Assembly: GCA_964612065.1 (NCBI GenBank)
Contig: CAZTCD010000007.1
Span: 5,563 to 69,562 of the forward strand
Origin: an uncultured Bdellovibrionales bacterium
Lineage (GTDB): Bacteria; Bdellovibrionota; UBA1018; CAIPTA01
Reading direction: 5' to 3'
DNA length: 64,000 nt
The notes beneath the pieces are model-generated. The model was given only the letters and a program-made list of their open reading frames with translations, was not told where the DNA came from and did not search any database. Of this stretch, positions 51,042-59,256 are shown in pieces (the first letter of the stretch is position 1; each line of letters starts with the position of its first letter). The position numbers and the translations under genes are program-made.

Positions 51042-52514
51042 CTAGGGGAGCTGGCTGTTTGCCAGATCGGGCCGAAGCACCAGGTTGTCTGCCGTGGTTT
51101 CGGGGGCTTCGTCGCCCCCGAATTCATAAACGTGGTCGTCCATCCATTCCAGGCGCTCGAGCAGCCACTTCTTCAGCCAGGCAACGTGGCTGGGGTAATG
51201 GAAGCTCTTAAAACGGGGGGTAAGGCGCATCACGAGCCCGTCTCCATCGGTTCCGTTCACGCCCCAAACCGTGAAGTTCCTCTCCCAGGGGCCGCCCTTG
51301 TATTCCGCGGCCATGCGATCGATTTGCCGCATGATCGCTCCGGTAGACAAAGGTCCGCCGGCCTTGCGAAGCGTGAGGTAGCGGGCCGCCAGACCACGCT
51401 GAAATTTGGGGTCTCTCAGCATGGTGCGGAACCAGAAGAGCTCATGGTTGAAGTCGATATAAAAGCTATGCCCTACCTGCCAGCCTTTGGAGCGCATCTG
51501 CGTGAAGGCGCGAAGATTGGCCCAAGCCAGATCAAAATCCCAAACAGGGCCGAGGTGCAGTTTCCCGTTTTTGTAGTGCACATAGATCGAGCGGCGGAAG
51601 CCATCGATGTTGCGGAAGATCTCGTGCATCAAAATGAAGTTCTGCACGCTCGTGATATCCACGAGCTTCCTGTAGGTTTGGAGATCCCCTTTTTTGATCG
51701 CTTTCACGGCACTCTCGAATCGGTGCATCGTGCGCGCAATATGCCGCTTCAGCTGGCGTGCCTCTTCCGGATTTTTCCTCGCCTTTTTCGCGAAATCACC
51801 GGCCTTGGGTTCTTTGAAGTTCACTTTGGTGCCATAGGCGGTTTCCACGAACGAATCCGGATCTGCCTTGCGCACTCTTTCCACCTTCACCAGGAAAGGG
51901 CTGGAACCAGGGGCCGCCCAGTTGGTTTTGCCGAGATCGAGCCTCTCGCTGTCGGAACCTATTTTCTCGGTGAGCACATAAACACCGTAATACTCTCCAT
52001 TCAGGAAGAGCTCGAAAGCGCGGGTGCGCGGTGCCCACCAGCTTTCACCCCGCGAATCGGCAAGGCTTCGGGAAAGAGCAAACGCAAAGCTGTTCCGGAT
52101 GAGAGAGCGATCGGAATAAGGGGCCGCGATCACCCACTTGTGATGGGCAGGCAGTCCGAGAAAGGGCACTTTCAACCCCTTGCTGGAATCTCCTGCAGCA
52201 TGAAATTCGAGATCGTACTGCTTTTTGGCCCATTTTGCGGAGGAGTTACCCCGCACTTCGATTTCGGCTTGGAAAGCAGCGGGAAGGCGAAGGAGATCGG
52301 TGCTGCGGTTCTCGCCCTGGTCGAGGAAGCTCACCTTGGCAGGGATCTTTCCTTCCTGGGGAATGGCGCGGCCGTTCGTATTGATATGCACCAGGGGGAG
52401 ATGGCTGCTGAAAGCGCGCACCTCGGCATTGAAATATCCGTCCTTGTTCATCGTGCCGGCAAGCGAAGGGCTGGCCAGAAGCGCGAAAAACAAACTCACC
52501 ACAGCAAGATGCAT
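51042..52514 (-). CDS. CotH-family atypical kinase, secreted
   Basis: ATG 52514 follows AGGAGG. Signal peptide MHLAVVSLFFALLASPSLAG. CotH blocks: EVRGNSSAKWAKKQYDLEF, HKWVIAAPYSDRSLIRNSFAF, LFLNGEYYGVYVLTEKI and GPVWDFDLAW. Confidence 0.85.
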   Translation of the reverse strand: MHLAVVSLFFALLASPSLAGTMNKDGYFNAEVRAFSSHLPLVHINTNGRAIPQEGKIPAKVSFLDQGENRSTDLLRLPAAFQAEIEVRGNSSAKWAKKQYDLEFHAAGDSSKGLKVPFLGLPAHHKWVIAAPYSDRSLIRNSFAFALSRSLADSRGESWWAPRTRAFELFLNGEYYGVYVLTEKIGSDSERLDLGKTNWAAPGSSPFLVKVERVRKADPDSFVETAYGTKVNFKEPKAGDFAKKARKNPEEARQLKRHIARTMHRFESAVKAIKKGDLQTYRKLVDITSVQNFILMHEIFRNIDGFRRSIYVHYKNGKLHLGPVWDFDLAWANLRAFTQMRSKGWQVGHSFYIDFNHELFWFRTMLRDPKFQRGLAARYLTLRKAGGPLSTGAIMRQIDRMAAEYKGGPWERNFTVWGVNGTDGDGLVMRLTPRFKSFHYPSHVAWLKKWLLERLEWMDDHVYEFGGDEAPETTADNLVLRPDLANSQLP

Positions 52515-52643
52515 GTAGCCTCCTGATTCGGGTCCGGAGCTAGAGAGCAAGGGCAGGGGAGGTCTTCATACCCCTCATGGAAAGGCACGTCTACCAAGTA
52601 AGAAAATTTGAGGAAAATCCAATAAGTTTAGAGTCTTTATGTT

Positions 52644-52687
52644 GGGGCAAATCTGATTTTTGCGGCAAATTTCCACGGCAAAACTGC
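52644..52687. promoter_or_regulatory. three GGCAAA(T/A) half-sites including the palindrome TTTGC-G-GCAAA, upstream of cotH / 52745
   Basis: ggggcaaatctg (52644), tttgcggcaaattt (52659, 5-bp palindromic arms) and acggcaaaactg (52676). The 12-nt tttgcggcaaat is identical to 50988..50999. Confidence 0.5.
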
Positions 52688-52744
52688 CTTCTCGTTTTCT
52701 TTCTTCAGGCCCGTGGTGCTATAGCTCTCCTTCCGGAGGGAAGT

Positions 52745-53167
52745 ATGAATTCGGTTCTTTTCAAGAAGTGCGGGCTGTTTTTCCTGCTGAGCCTTCTTCC
52801 CTTCTCTGCCTTGAGCGAGGCACGAATCCTGCGCCCCGATCCCTCGATGTTTCACCAGATCTCCGGATTTGAACCTGATTGGTGCGGAGAGAAGCTTTGT
52901 TACGGCACCGCGAGATTCCGCGCTTCGGTTTCCGTGCGTGCCATTCTGGTAAAGGGAAAGGCTCCTGCGCTCTTTCTCGAAGACGAATGGCAGTCTATTG
53001 AACTTCTGAAGCCGGTGTTCGGGCTGATCGGCCCGGTGAATCCTCATCCGACCTTGCGCGTGGGCACGGGGCGAGCCTCGGTTACGATCGATCCCAAAGG
53101 GAACGTGGATTCCGTGCGTATCTTTACGCCGGCCCTGGGGACGATTCAGGATTTCCGCGGGCGCTAG
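52745..53167 (+). CDS. secreted hypothetical protein
   Basis: ATG 52745 follows GGAGGG. Signal peptide MNSVLFKKCGLFFLLSLLPFSALSEA. Its 3' end overlaps the convergent EamA gene by 44 nt. Confidence 0.5.
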   Translation: MNSVLFKKCGLFFLLSLLPFSALSEARILRPDPSMFHQISGFEPDWCGEKLCYGTARFRASVSVRAILVKGKAPALFLEDEWQSIELLKPVFGLIGPVNPHPTLRVGTGRASVTIDPKGNVDSVRIFTPALGTIQDFRGR

Positions 53168-54047
53168 AATCTCCCGGTCGTTTGGTGAGCTGAGGGAAAA
53201 AGGCTGCGATCAGGATGAAGCCGCACCCCAGGATCTGCAGGTGGCCCAGGCGTTCCGAAAGCAGCGCCCACGCACAGCCCGCGGCGAATACGGATTCCAG
53301 CGAGAAGATAAGTACGGCATCCGTGGGCGAGGTGAATTTCTGCACCCATACCTGCATGGTGTAACCGATGCCGATGGAGAGCAGCCCCCGATAAAGAATG
53401 CCGGCAACCACGTCGAGTTGAGCGATCGATCGAGCATCTTCCAGCGCCAAGCCCAGGCTGAGATTCAGCAAGCCGCAAACCAGAAACTGCCCGCAAGCAA
53501 ACGATAGAGAAGGAAAGCGCCCGCCTACCTTTCCGATCAGCACCACGTGCCCGGCCCAAAAAACCGCCCCGGCGATCTCCAGGAGATCCCCCAGCTGCCA
53601 CTTCAGCCCGGAACCGTTCGTGCTGAGCAGATAGGCGCCGCTCACAGCCAGCGCCACGGCCACCCAGTCCAGGAGGCGAGGCTTCTCGCGAAAAATGAAA
53701 AGAAGGAGCAGCGGCACAAAGATCACGTTCAATACGGTGAGAAAACCCGCGTTCGCCACCTGGGTGAAATACAGGCCGTATTGCTGAAGAGCCGAGCCGC
53801 CGAAGAGCAAAATGCCAGCGGCCAGCATCCAGCGCTTCTGCCCGGGCGCCGGCTTCCAGGGGCGGCGAACCAGCGGCAGCAAAGCCACAGCCCCCAGAAG
53901 AAACGTGATGCCATTGAAGAGAAAGGCCACGCCGGCCCGCATGGCCGCCGACTGGGCGATGAAAGCCGAGCCCCAGATGAAGGCTACGAGCAATAAAAGA
54001 AGATCTGCTCTGATGCGCGAGATAGGGGCACGGGAAATAGGGGCCAT
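53124..54047 (-). CDS. EamA/DMT-family transporter
   Basis: Ten hydrophobic helices in two EamA repeats (LLLLVAFIWGSAFIAQ ...; ...VFWAGHVVLIGK...). 307 aa. Confidence 0.85.
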   Translation of the reverse strand: MAPISRAPISRIRADLLLLLVAFIWGSAFIAQSAAMRAGVAFLFNGITFLLGAVALLPLVRRPWKPAPGQKRWMLAAGILLFGGSALQQYGLYFTQVANAGFLTVLNVIFVPLLLLFIFREKPRLLDWVAVALAVSGAYLLSTNGSGLKWQLGDLLEIAGAVFWAGHVVLIGKVGGRFPSLSFACGQFLVCGLLNLSLGLALEDARSIAQLDVVAGILYRGLLSIGIGYTMQVWVQKFTSPTDAVLIFSLESVFAAGCAWALLSERLGHLQILGCGFILIAAFFPQLTKRPGDSSARGNPESSPGPA

Positions 54048-54122
54048 GGATGGGGGATTCCTACCAAAAGTTCTACAGGGATGCCGCTATTTTACAGATT
54101 CCCTTGGCGAATTTGGTGGTGA

Positions 54123-54150
54123 TTGCGCCTGGATCAGGCCGGAGTATAAT
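54123..54150 (+). promoter_or_regulatory. sigma-70-like promoter for the riboswitch-kimA transcript
   Basis: TTGCGC-N16-TATAAT, ending ~5-8 nt before the start of the riboswitch aptamer. Confidence 0.55.
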
Positions 54151-54154
54151 GGAA

Positions 54155-54285
54155 CCTAGTCGCTGAATTCCGCTAAGGAAGCGGGGGACCCATTTTTTGG
54201 GGCGAATCGCTCGAAAGAGCGTAGGGCTAAACTCTTCGGCCCGAGTCCGACAGCTAACCTCGTAAGCGTCGAAGAGGAGATCTTT
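54155..54285 (+). promoter_or_regulatory. c-di-AMP riboswitch (ydaO/kimA class)
   Basis: The conserved blocks appear in order: GTCGCTGAATTC..., GCGGGGGACCCA, GGGGCGAATC, GGCCCGAGTCCGACAGCTAACCTCGTAAGCGTCGAAGAGGAG. This is near-identical to the conserved core of the B. subtilis ydaO leader as I remember it. It lies directly upstream of a KimA homologue. Confidence 0.85.
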
Positions 54286-54355
54286 TGGGCCTGGGCCCAC
54301 GTACCTCCTCCCGAGAAATACCGAATATTGCATTTTTGCGCTGCGGAGGTTTGGC

Positions 54356-56200
54356 GTGGGTACTCTATTGTCTTCTTTCAAACGGGCGTTCGTGGGTGCA
54401 CCGATGGCTACATCGGAAGCCCAGCACCAGAGGCTTTCCAAAAGAAAGGCGCTAGCCACTTTTTCCTCGGATCCATTGAGTTCCGTGGCCTATGCCACCG
54501 AAGAGATTTTACTGGTGCTGGTGCTGGCGGGAAGCTCTGCCCTTCACCTGGCGCTCCCGATTTCCCTTTCCATCGTAACCCTCCTAATCGTGGTGGTGCT
54601 CTCTTACCGGCAGACCATCTTCGAGTACCCGGGGGGTGGCGGGGCCTATACGGTAGCCCATGACAATCTCGGCCGAGGAGCTGGCCTCACCGCAGCGGCA
54701 GCCCTGCTGACGGACTACGTGCTCACCGTGGCGGTAAGCGTGGCGGCCGGCATGGCCGCGCTGACCTCTGCATTTCCCGTTCTGCAGGAGCATCGAACGG
54801 CGCTTTGCCTGGGGGCGATCGCCTTTCTCTCCTTGATGAACCTGAGGGGGATCCGGGAATCTTCCACGGTATTCGCGATACCCACCTACGCCTTTATCTT
54901 GTCGGTTTTGACAATGCTCGGCCTGGGAGCCTGGCGGCTCTTCACAGGGGAATTCACCCACGAAAACCTGCCCACGATCCCTATGCAGCAGGAGCTTGGG
55001 ATCTTCCTTGTGCTTAGGGCGTTCTCTTCCGGCTGCACGGCGCTCACCGGAGTGGAGGCCGTAAGCAACGGCGTGCCTTTGTTCCACAAGCCAGAAGCCA
55101 GGAATGCCTCTCGAACGCTCATTGGTATGGTTTGCATTCTGGCCATGATGTTCACCGGAATCACTTATCTGGCGCACTACCACGGCATCGTGCCTTCCCC
55201 CTCGGAAACGGTGATCTCCCAGCTGGCCCGCTCGATTTTCCACCAGGGCTTCGCTTATTATTTCCTGCAGCTCTCCACCATGGGAATCCTCGTGCTGGCG
55301 GCCAACACAGCCTACGCGGATTTTCCCCGTCTCGCCTCCATCCTCGCCAGAGACCGTTACCTTCCGCGCCAGCTGAACTCCCTGGGTGACCGGCTTGTGT
55401 TTTCGAACGGAATCGTGCTCCTTAGCCTGGCCTCCGCCTTCCTGATCCTGGCTTTTCAAGCCAATACGCACGCTCTTATTCCTCTCTATGCCGTGGGGGT
55501 GTTTCTCTCCTTTACCCTCTCCCAGGCCGGGATGGTGAGGCATTGGTTCAAGGGGCGGCAGCAAGGCTGGGAGCTCAAGGCGGCGCTGAACCTGTTCGGC
55601 GGGCTTCTTACCGGAATCGTAACCATCGTGATCACGATCACGAAGTTCACCCATGGGGCCTGGATCATCACGCTGGTGATTCCCGCCTTCATTTATATGT
55701 TCACGAGAATACAGGCGCACTACCTTAGCGTGGGCCGGCAGCTCTCGCTTGCGGGTGAGGTCCCTTCTCTTTCGGGAGAGAAGATTCCCACGCACGAGTT
55801 GCTGATCCCCGTTTCCGGCCTTCACCGGGGCGTGCTAGCTGCATTGAAATACGCGCGAAGCATTTCTTCCGCGCAGGGGAGCCATGTGAGGGCTGTGTAC
55901 GTGAACCTCGAGGCCGAGGCCACGGGGCGGATGCAGGCGGAATGGGGAAGGTGGGGAGACGGGATCCCGCTCCTCGTGCTCGATTCGCACTATCGTTCGG
56001 TGATCACGCCTTTGCTGGAATATGTGGACGAACTGCAGGCCAGCCAGCCGGGAATATGGATCACCGTGCTGATTCCGGAATTTGTCACTGCCCGGTGGTG
56101 GGAGGGGATCTTCCACAACCAGACGGCTCTTCTGATTCGCACGGCTTTGCTGTTCAGAAAAAACGTGGTGGTAACCAGCGTGCGTTACCACCTTGGATGA
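54356..56200 (+). CDS. kimA: KimA (YdaO)-type K+/H+ symporter, APC superfamily
   Basis: GTG start after GGAGG. N-terminus FKRAFVGAPMATSEAQHQRLSKRKALATFSSDPLSSVAYATEEIL and YRQTIFEYPGGGGAYTVAHDNLG parallel KimA. About 12 TM helices plus a ~150-aa cytoplasmic C-domain. 614 aa. Confidence 0.85.
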   Translation: MGTLLSSFKRAFVGAPMATSEAQHQRLSKRKALATFSSDPLSSVAYATEEILLVLVLAGSSALHLALPISLSIVTLLIVVVLSYRQTIFEYPGGGGAYTVAHDNLGRGAGLTAAAALLTDYVLTVAVSVAAGMAALTSAFPVLQEHRTALCLGAIAFLSLMNLRGIRESSTVFAIPTYAFILSVLTMLGLGAWRLFTGEFTHENLPTIPMQQELGIFLVLRAFSSGCTALTGVEAVSNGVPLFHKPEARNASRTLIGMVCILAMMFTGITYLAHYHGIVPSPSETVISQLARSIFHQGFAYYFLQLSTMGILVLAANTAYADFPRLASILARDRYLPRQLNSLGDRLVFSNGIVLLSLASAFLILAFQANTHALIPLYAVGVFLSFTLSQAGMVRHWFKGRQQGWELKAALNLFGGLLTGIVTIVITITKFTHGAWIITLVIPAFIYMFTRIQAHYLSVGRQLSLAGEVPSLSGEKIPTHELLIPVSGLHRGVLAALKYARSISSAQGSHVRAVYVNLEAEATGRMQAEWGRWGDGIPLLVLDSHYRSVITPLLEYVDELQASQPGIWITVLIPEFVTARWWEGIFHNQTALLIRTALLFRKNVVVTSVRYHLG

Positions 56201-56221
56201 ATAGCTATGTAGCGATCGATC

Positions 56222-57004
56222 TTAGTTTTGGCCGTTCACGAATCTGCCGGCGAACGCATCGATCTGCGAGAAGAGCATCTGGATTTCTGCCATCTGCTTG
56301 GGATCGCGGGAGAGGAGCTGCTCAAGGGTTTCCTTGAGGCCCTTCTGGTCGCGCTGGAAGCCTTGGTAGCGGGGGTTGCTCACCAAGGTGGCGTTGAGGC
56401 CGATGCCCTGCTTGAGGTTCACGCTGAGCACGGCTTCACCGCTCTGGAAGAGCACTTGTTCCGCAGGCTTGGTTTCCGGTAGCTTGCCGAGATCCATGGT
56501 AACTTTGAGGAAGGCTTTGATGGCCACGTAGTTGCCGGCTTCGTCCTGGGTTTTTTCCAGTACACGGGCTTCCACGGTGGCGGCGTCGCCATATTCCTTC
56601 AAGGCTCCTTTGGAGAGATCCTGAACCAGCTCTTCCACGCCAGGGATGAGCTGGTTGATGGTTTCCTGGGAGAGCACCTTGGTGAGATCGATGCCGATGC
56701 TGCCGTTGATTCGGGTGGTGGGGGCGGAGCCGTTGCCGTATTCGTAGGAAACTTCATCGGCGCGGATCTCGAACTGATTGGCGGAGCCGGCCTTGCGGTA
56801 CAGGCCGTTCACTGCGAGCGAAAGGGCGCGCTCTGCGTTCACTTCGATATTCTGGAAGTTGAGGCTGGCTACGGTGCTTTCGTTCTGGAAGGGGGCCAGG
56901 ATACGGGCCACTTCTTCGTTGAGGGCCTGGATGTTCGAAACCGAGGCGAAAGCCGCGGAGGCAAGGGTGAGGCCGGCGGCCAGGGCGAGAGTGATCTTTT
57001 TCAT
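56222..57004 (-). CDS. secreted hypothetical protein
   Basis: ATG 57004 with AGGAG upstream. Signal peptide MKKITLALAAGLTLASAAFA. No family recognised. Confidence 0.6.
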   Translation of the reverse strand: MKKITLALAAGLTLASAAFASVSNIQALNEEVARILAPFQNESTVASLNFQNIEVNAERALSLAVNGLYRKAGSANQFEIRADEVSYEYGNGSAPTTRINGSIGIDLTKVLSQETINQLIPGVEELVQDLSKGALKEYGDAATVEARVLEKTQDEAGNYVAIKAFLKVTMDLGKLPETKPAEQVLFQSGEAVLSVNLKQGIGLNATLVSNPRYQGFQRDQKGLKETLEQLLSRDPKQMAEIQMLFSQIDAFAGRFVNGQN

Positions 57005-57161
57005 TTTTGGGGGGCTCCTAAATAGATATTTTGCCATCGTTAACGGGTGTGAGGCTTGTAGCCTGCCTGAGCAGGGATCACAATCCCCATCGGGCCCGAT
57101 TAGATGACGAAGCCTGGCCTTTTCTGCCAAACGAAACGCAAGAAGTGCATGGTAGCCAATA

Positions 57162-57944
57162 TCAGCGGGGTAAAAGGGGAAGAAGCACTCCGTGGCGGCG
57201 GGCCAGTGCTTCGGCGTGAAAGTCTATTTTCCGCAGGGCTCCTGCTTTCTGCGCTTTGGACAGGTCTTGGTAAAACGAGGCATCTTCCCAGGCCCGGGCT
57301 CTCAATTGCGCGATCCAGTTCATCATCACCGATTGTTCTATCGGGGCGAAAACCGAAGCGTGGCCACGGAAACGGAGATAGTAGCGGTAGATCGCTGGCA
57401 TCGTGGAGCGAAGGCTTTCGGTGATCTTCAGAAAATCGGCCTTTATGGACGGAGTGGTGAATCTCGTGGGGGTGATCCAAAGCGCTTCCACTAGATCCCG
57501 CGCGATATGCACGTGGATGCCGTAAACGGCGTCGAGATCGGCGCTCCATACTTCTTTGCCCTGCCCGGGCCGAGCCGAAGTGCTCGCAATATAACCGAAC
57601 GCGAGCCTCCATCCTCTGGGCAGCTCGCTTCTATGGCCGCTCAGTTCGAGCTGCAGGGTGCGGCGGTAGAGATTCGCATAATTCACGATGAGGGCCTGCA
57701 CCCAACGGGTGTTTTTGAATTCCCCCCGTGCCAGCTTGCGATGCGTGGCCTCTATGGTGAGCGCATAAATCCCCGCGAAGAGGGCCCGGCGATCGCCTTT
57801 CTGGCGGAGTTCAAAGGCGATTCTTCCCACGCCTTTATAGGCCTCTTCGGTGGATTTGAATTCCATGGAGGCGAGTTCCGCCCGGGAAAGGCCGGGGAGG
57901 GCGAAAAGACCGAAAAACAGTGAGACCATCAGGAAGGAGCGCAT
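57162..57944 (-). CDS. secreted protein, possibly DUF5995-like
   Basis: Signal peptide MRSFLMVSLFFGLFALPGLSRA. The block ALFAGIYALTIEATHRKLARGEFKNTRWVQALIVNYANLY resembles DUF5995 proteins (low-confidence family call). It lies 8 nt downstream of the NUDIX gene. Confidence 0.6.
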   Translation of the reverse strand: MRSFLMVSLFFGLFALPGLSRAELASMEFKSTEEAYKGVGRIAFELRQKGDRRALFAGIYALTIEATHRKLARGEFKNTRWVQALIVNYANLYRRTLQLELSGHRSELPRGWRLAFGYIASTSARPGQGKEVWSADLDAVYGIHVHIARDLVEALWITPTRFTTPSIKADFLKITESLRSTMPAIYRYYLRFRGHASVFAPIEQSVMMNWIAQLRARAWEDASFYQDLSKAQKAGALRKIDFHAEALARRHGVLLPLLPR

Positions 57945-57952
57945 ACGGCCTC

Positions 57953-58513
57953 CTAACGAACTTCAGGGCTGAACTCAAGCTTCACCAGTCCGGATTGGAG
58001 CAGGCCTGCCCAGGCCACCTCGCAGTCGGTGGCGGCCCCGGTTCGCAGCTGGGCTATGAGCTCGGGAATGCTTTTCAGCACCACTTCAATGAATTCGGTG
58101 GGATCGAGCTTTTGCTGGGCCTTTCGCTCGCAGCCCATGGCCAGAAATCCGATTTGGCGGATGGTCGAGTAAGCACCTTCAAAAAAGCGGCCCAGAGGAA
58201 CAATGGTTTCAGCCACATAGCCCGTCTCCTCCGCCAGCTCCCGGATCGCCGCCTGCTCGTCGGATTCGCCTTCGTCCACCCGGCCTCCGGGAAGTTCGTC
58301 CATCACGCAATCGGGGCCAGGGCGGAATTGTCGGGCCAGTACCACTTGAAAATCTTTGGTGATCGCGAGCACCGATACTACGCGTCCCACGTGAGTGAGG
58401 GCGTAGGTTCGTTGGCTGCCGTCGGGAAGCTCGTAGGTGATGTCTGCGATCTCTTTATAGTCGGAATGTTTATAGAGCTTGCGGCCCAGCTCTTTCCAGG
58501 GGGTTACCGGCAT
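57953..58513 (-). CDS. NUDIX hydrolase
   Basis: Complete Nudix box GRVDEGESDEQAAIRELAEETGY (Gx5Ex7REUxEExGU). Confidence 0.85.
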   Translation of the reverse strand: MPVTPWKELGRKLYKHSDYKEIADITYELPDGSQRTYALTHVGRVVSVLAITKDFQVVLARQFRPGPDCVMDELPGGRVDEGESDEQAAIRELAEETGYVAETIVPLGRFFEGAYSTIRQIGFLAMGCERKAQQKLDPTEFIEVVLKSIPELIAQLRTGAATDCEVAWAGLLQSGLVKLEFSPEVR

Positions 58514-58673
58514 AGCGAATTCGAGTGGGTAGAAGGGGGCAGAAATTCCGCAGCTTCCATTGGTTTCATAGAAAGGAATCTTTGCATGTGGGCCCGGCTT
58601 TGGCTATGCATGCCCCCGCGCTGAAATCCCACCTAACTCATTAATAAAATTTCAAAAATACCTAATCACACAT

Positions 58674-58695
58674 AAAAGTACTGAAAAGTACTTTT
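58674..58695. promoter_or_regulatory. operator-like repeats AAAAGTACT x2, the second forming the 12-bp palindrome AAAAGTACTTTT
   Basis: Read directly in the AT-rich spacer, 33 nt upstream of ATG 58728. Confidence 0.45.
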
Positions 58696-58727
58696 TAATA
58701 CGTCATTGCTATGCTAAAACCTCGGTT

Positions 58728-59231
58728 ATGGAAAAGAACCGTCCGGAATCCAAAGCTGCGGAAAGCTCTGCCTTGAAAGGCACGGGGCCGGACCTTCGCT
58801 TTTTCACCTCGCTCGAAGTGGCTGAGATCCTCAAGATGCACCCCCAGGTGATTACCCGGAAGCTGCAGGCGGGAGAGATCGCCGGCTACAAGCTCGGCAA
58901 AGACTGGCGCGTGAGCGAAAGTCAGCTCCATGAGTTTCTTGCCCGCCACTCCAATCAGCGCTCCGCGGATCCCGGGGAGAAAATCGTGGGCAACTTTATC
59001 GTGAACGGTAAGCTGAAGAGCATTCCGGTTCAGCGCTCGAAGCGCCTCGCCGTGCTACGGCACCTGGTGGATCAGCTCGATTCCGCCCGTGTTTACGACG
59101 AGTCCGAAATCAATGATTTCCTTTCCGCTTTCCATTCCGACGTTTGCACCCTGAGACGCGAGTTCATCATCAACAAACTCATGGTGCGGAAAAACGGAAA
59201 GTACAAAGTTTCCCCATCCCTTCACAACTGA
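58728..59231 (+). CDS. DNA-binding protein: excisionase/MerR-type HTH + DUF2087 domain
   Basis: FFTSLEVAEILKMHPQVITRKLQAGEIAGYKLGKDWRVSESQL is an excisionase-family HTH. The C-terminal RLAVLRHLVDQL...YDESEINDFLSAFHSDVCTLRREFIINKLMVR is DUF2087-like. Confidence 0.7.
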   Translation: MEKNRPESKAAESSALKGTGPDLRFFTSLEVAEILKMHPQVITRKLQAGEIAGYKLGKDWRVSESQLHEFLARHSNQRSADPGEKIVGNFIVNGKLKSIPVQRSKRLAVLRHLVDQLDSARVYDESEINDFLSAFHSDVCTLRREFIINKLMVRKNGKYKVSPSLHN

Positions 59232-59256
59232 CCTTGAGAGACTATCCAGAGGCTAT

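Noticed and set aside
53124-53167. Convergent gene overlaps (44 nt here; 26 nt at 5580..5605) as a sign of mis-annotation or frameshift
   Set aside because: Both partners have intact, plausible C-termini and no frame disruption is visible. Overlapping convergent ends occur in compact genomes. I noted them but did not treat them as pseudogenes.
54283-54345. Intrinsic terminator as the expression platform of the c-di-AMP riboswitch
   Set aside because: Only a tiny gggcc-tg-ggccc stem is present and no U-tract follows. A translational (SD-sequestering) platform fits the sequence better.
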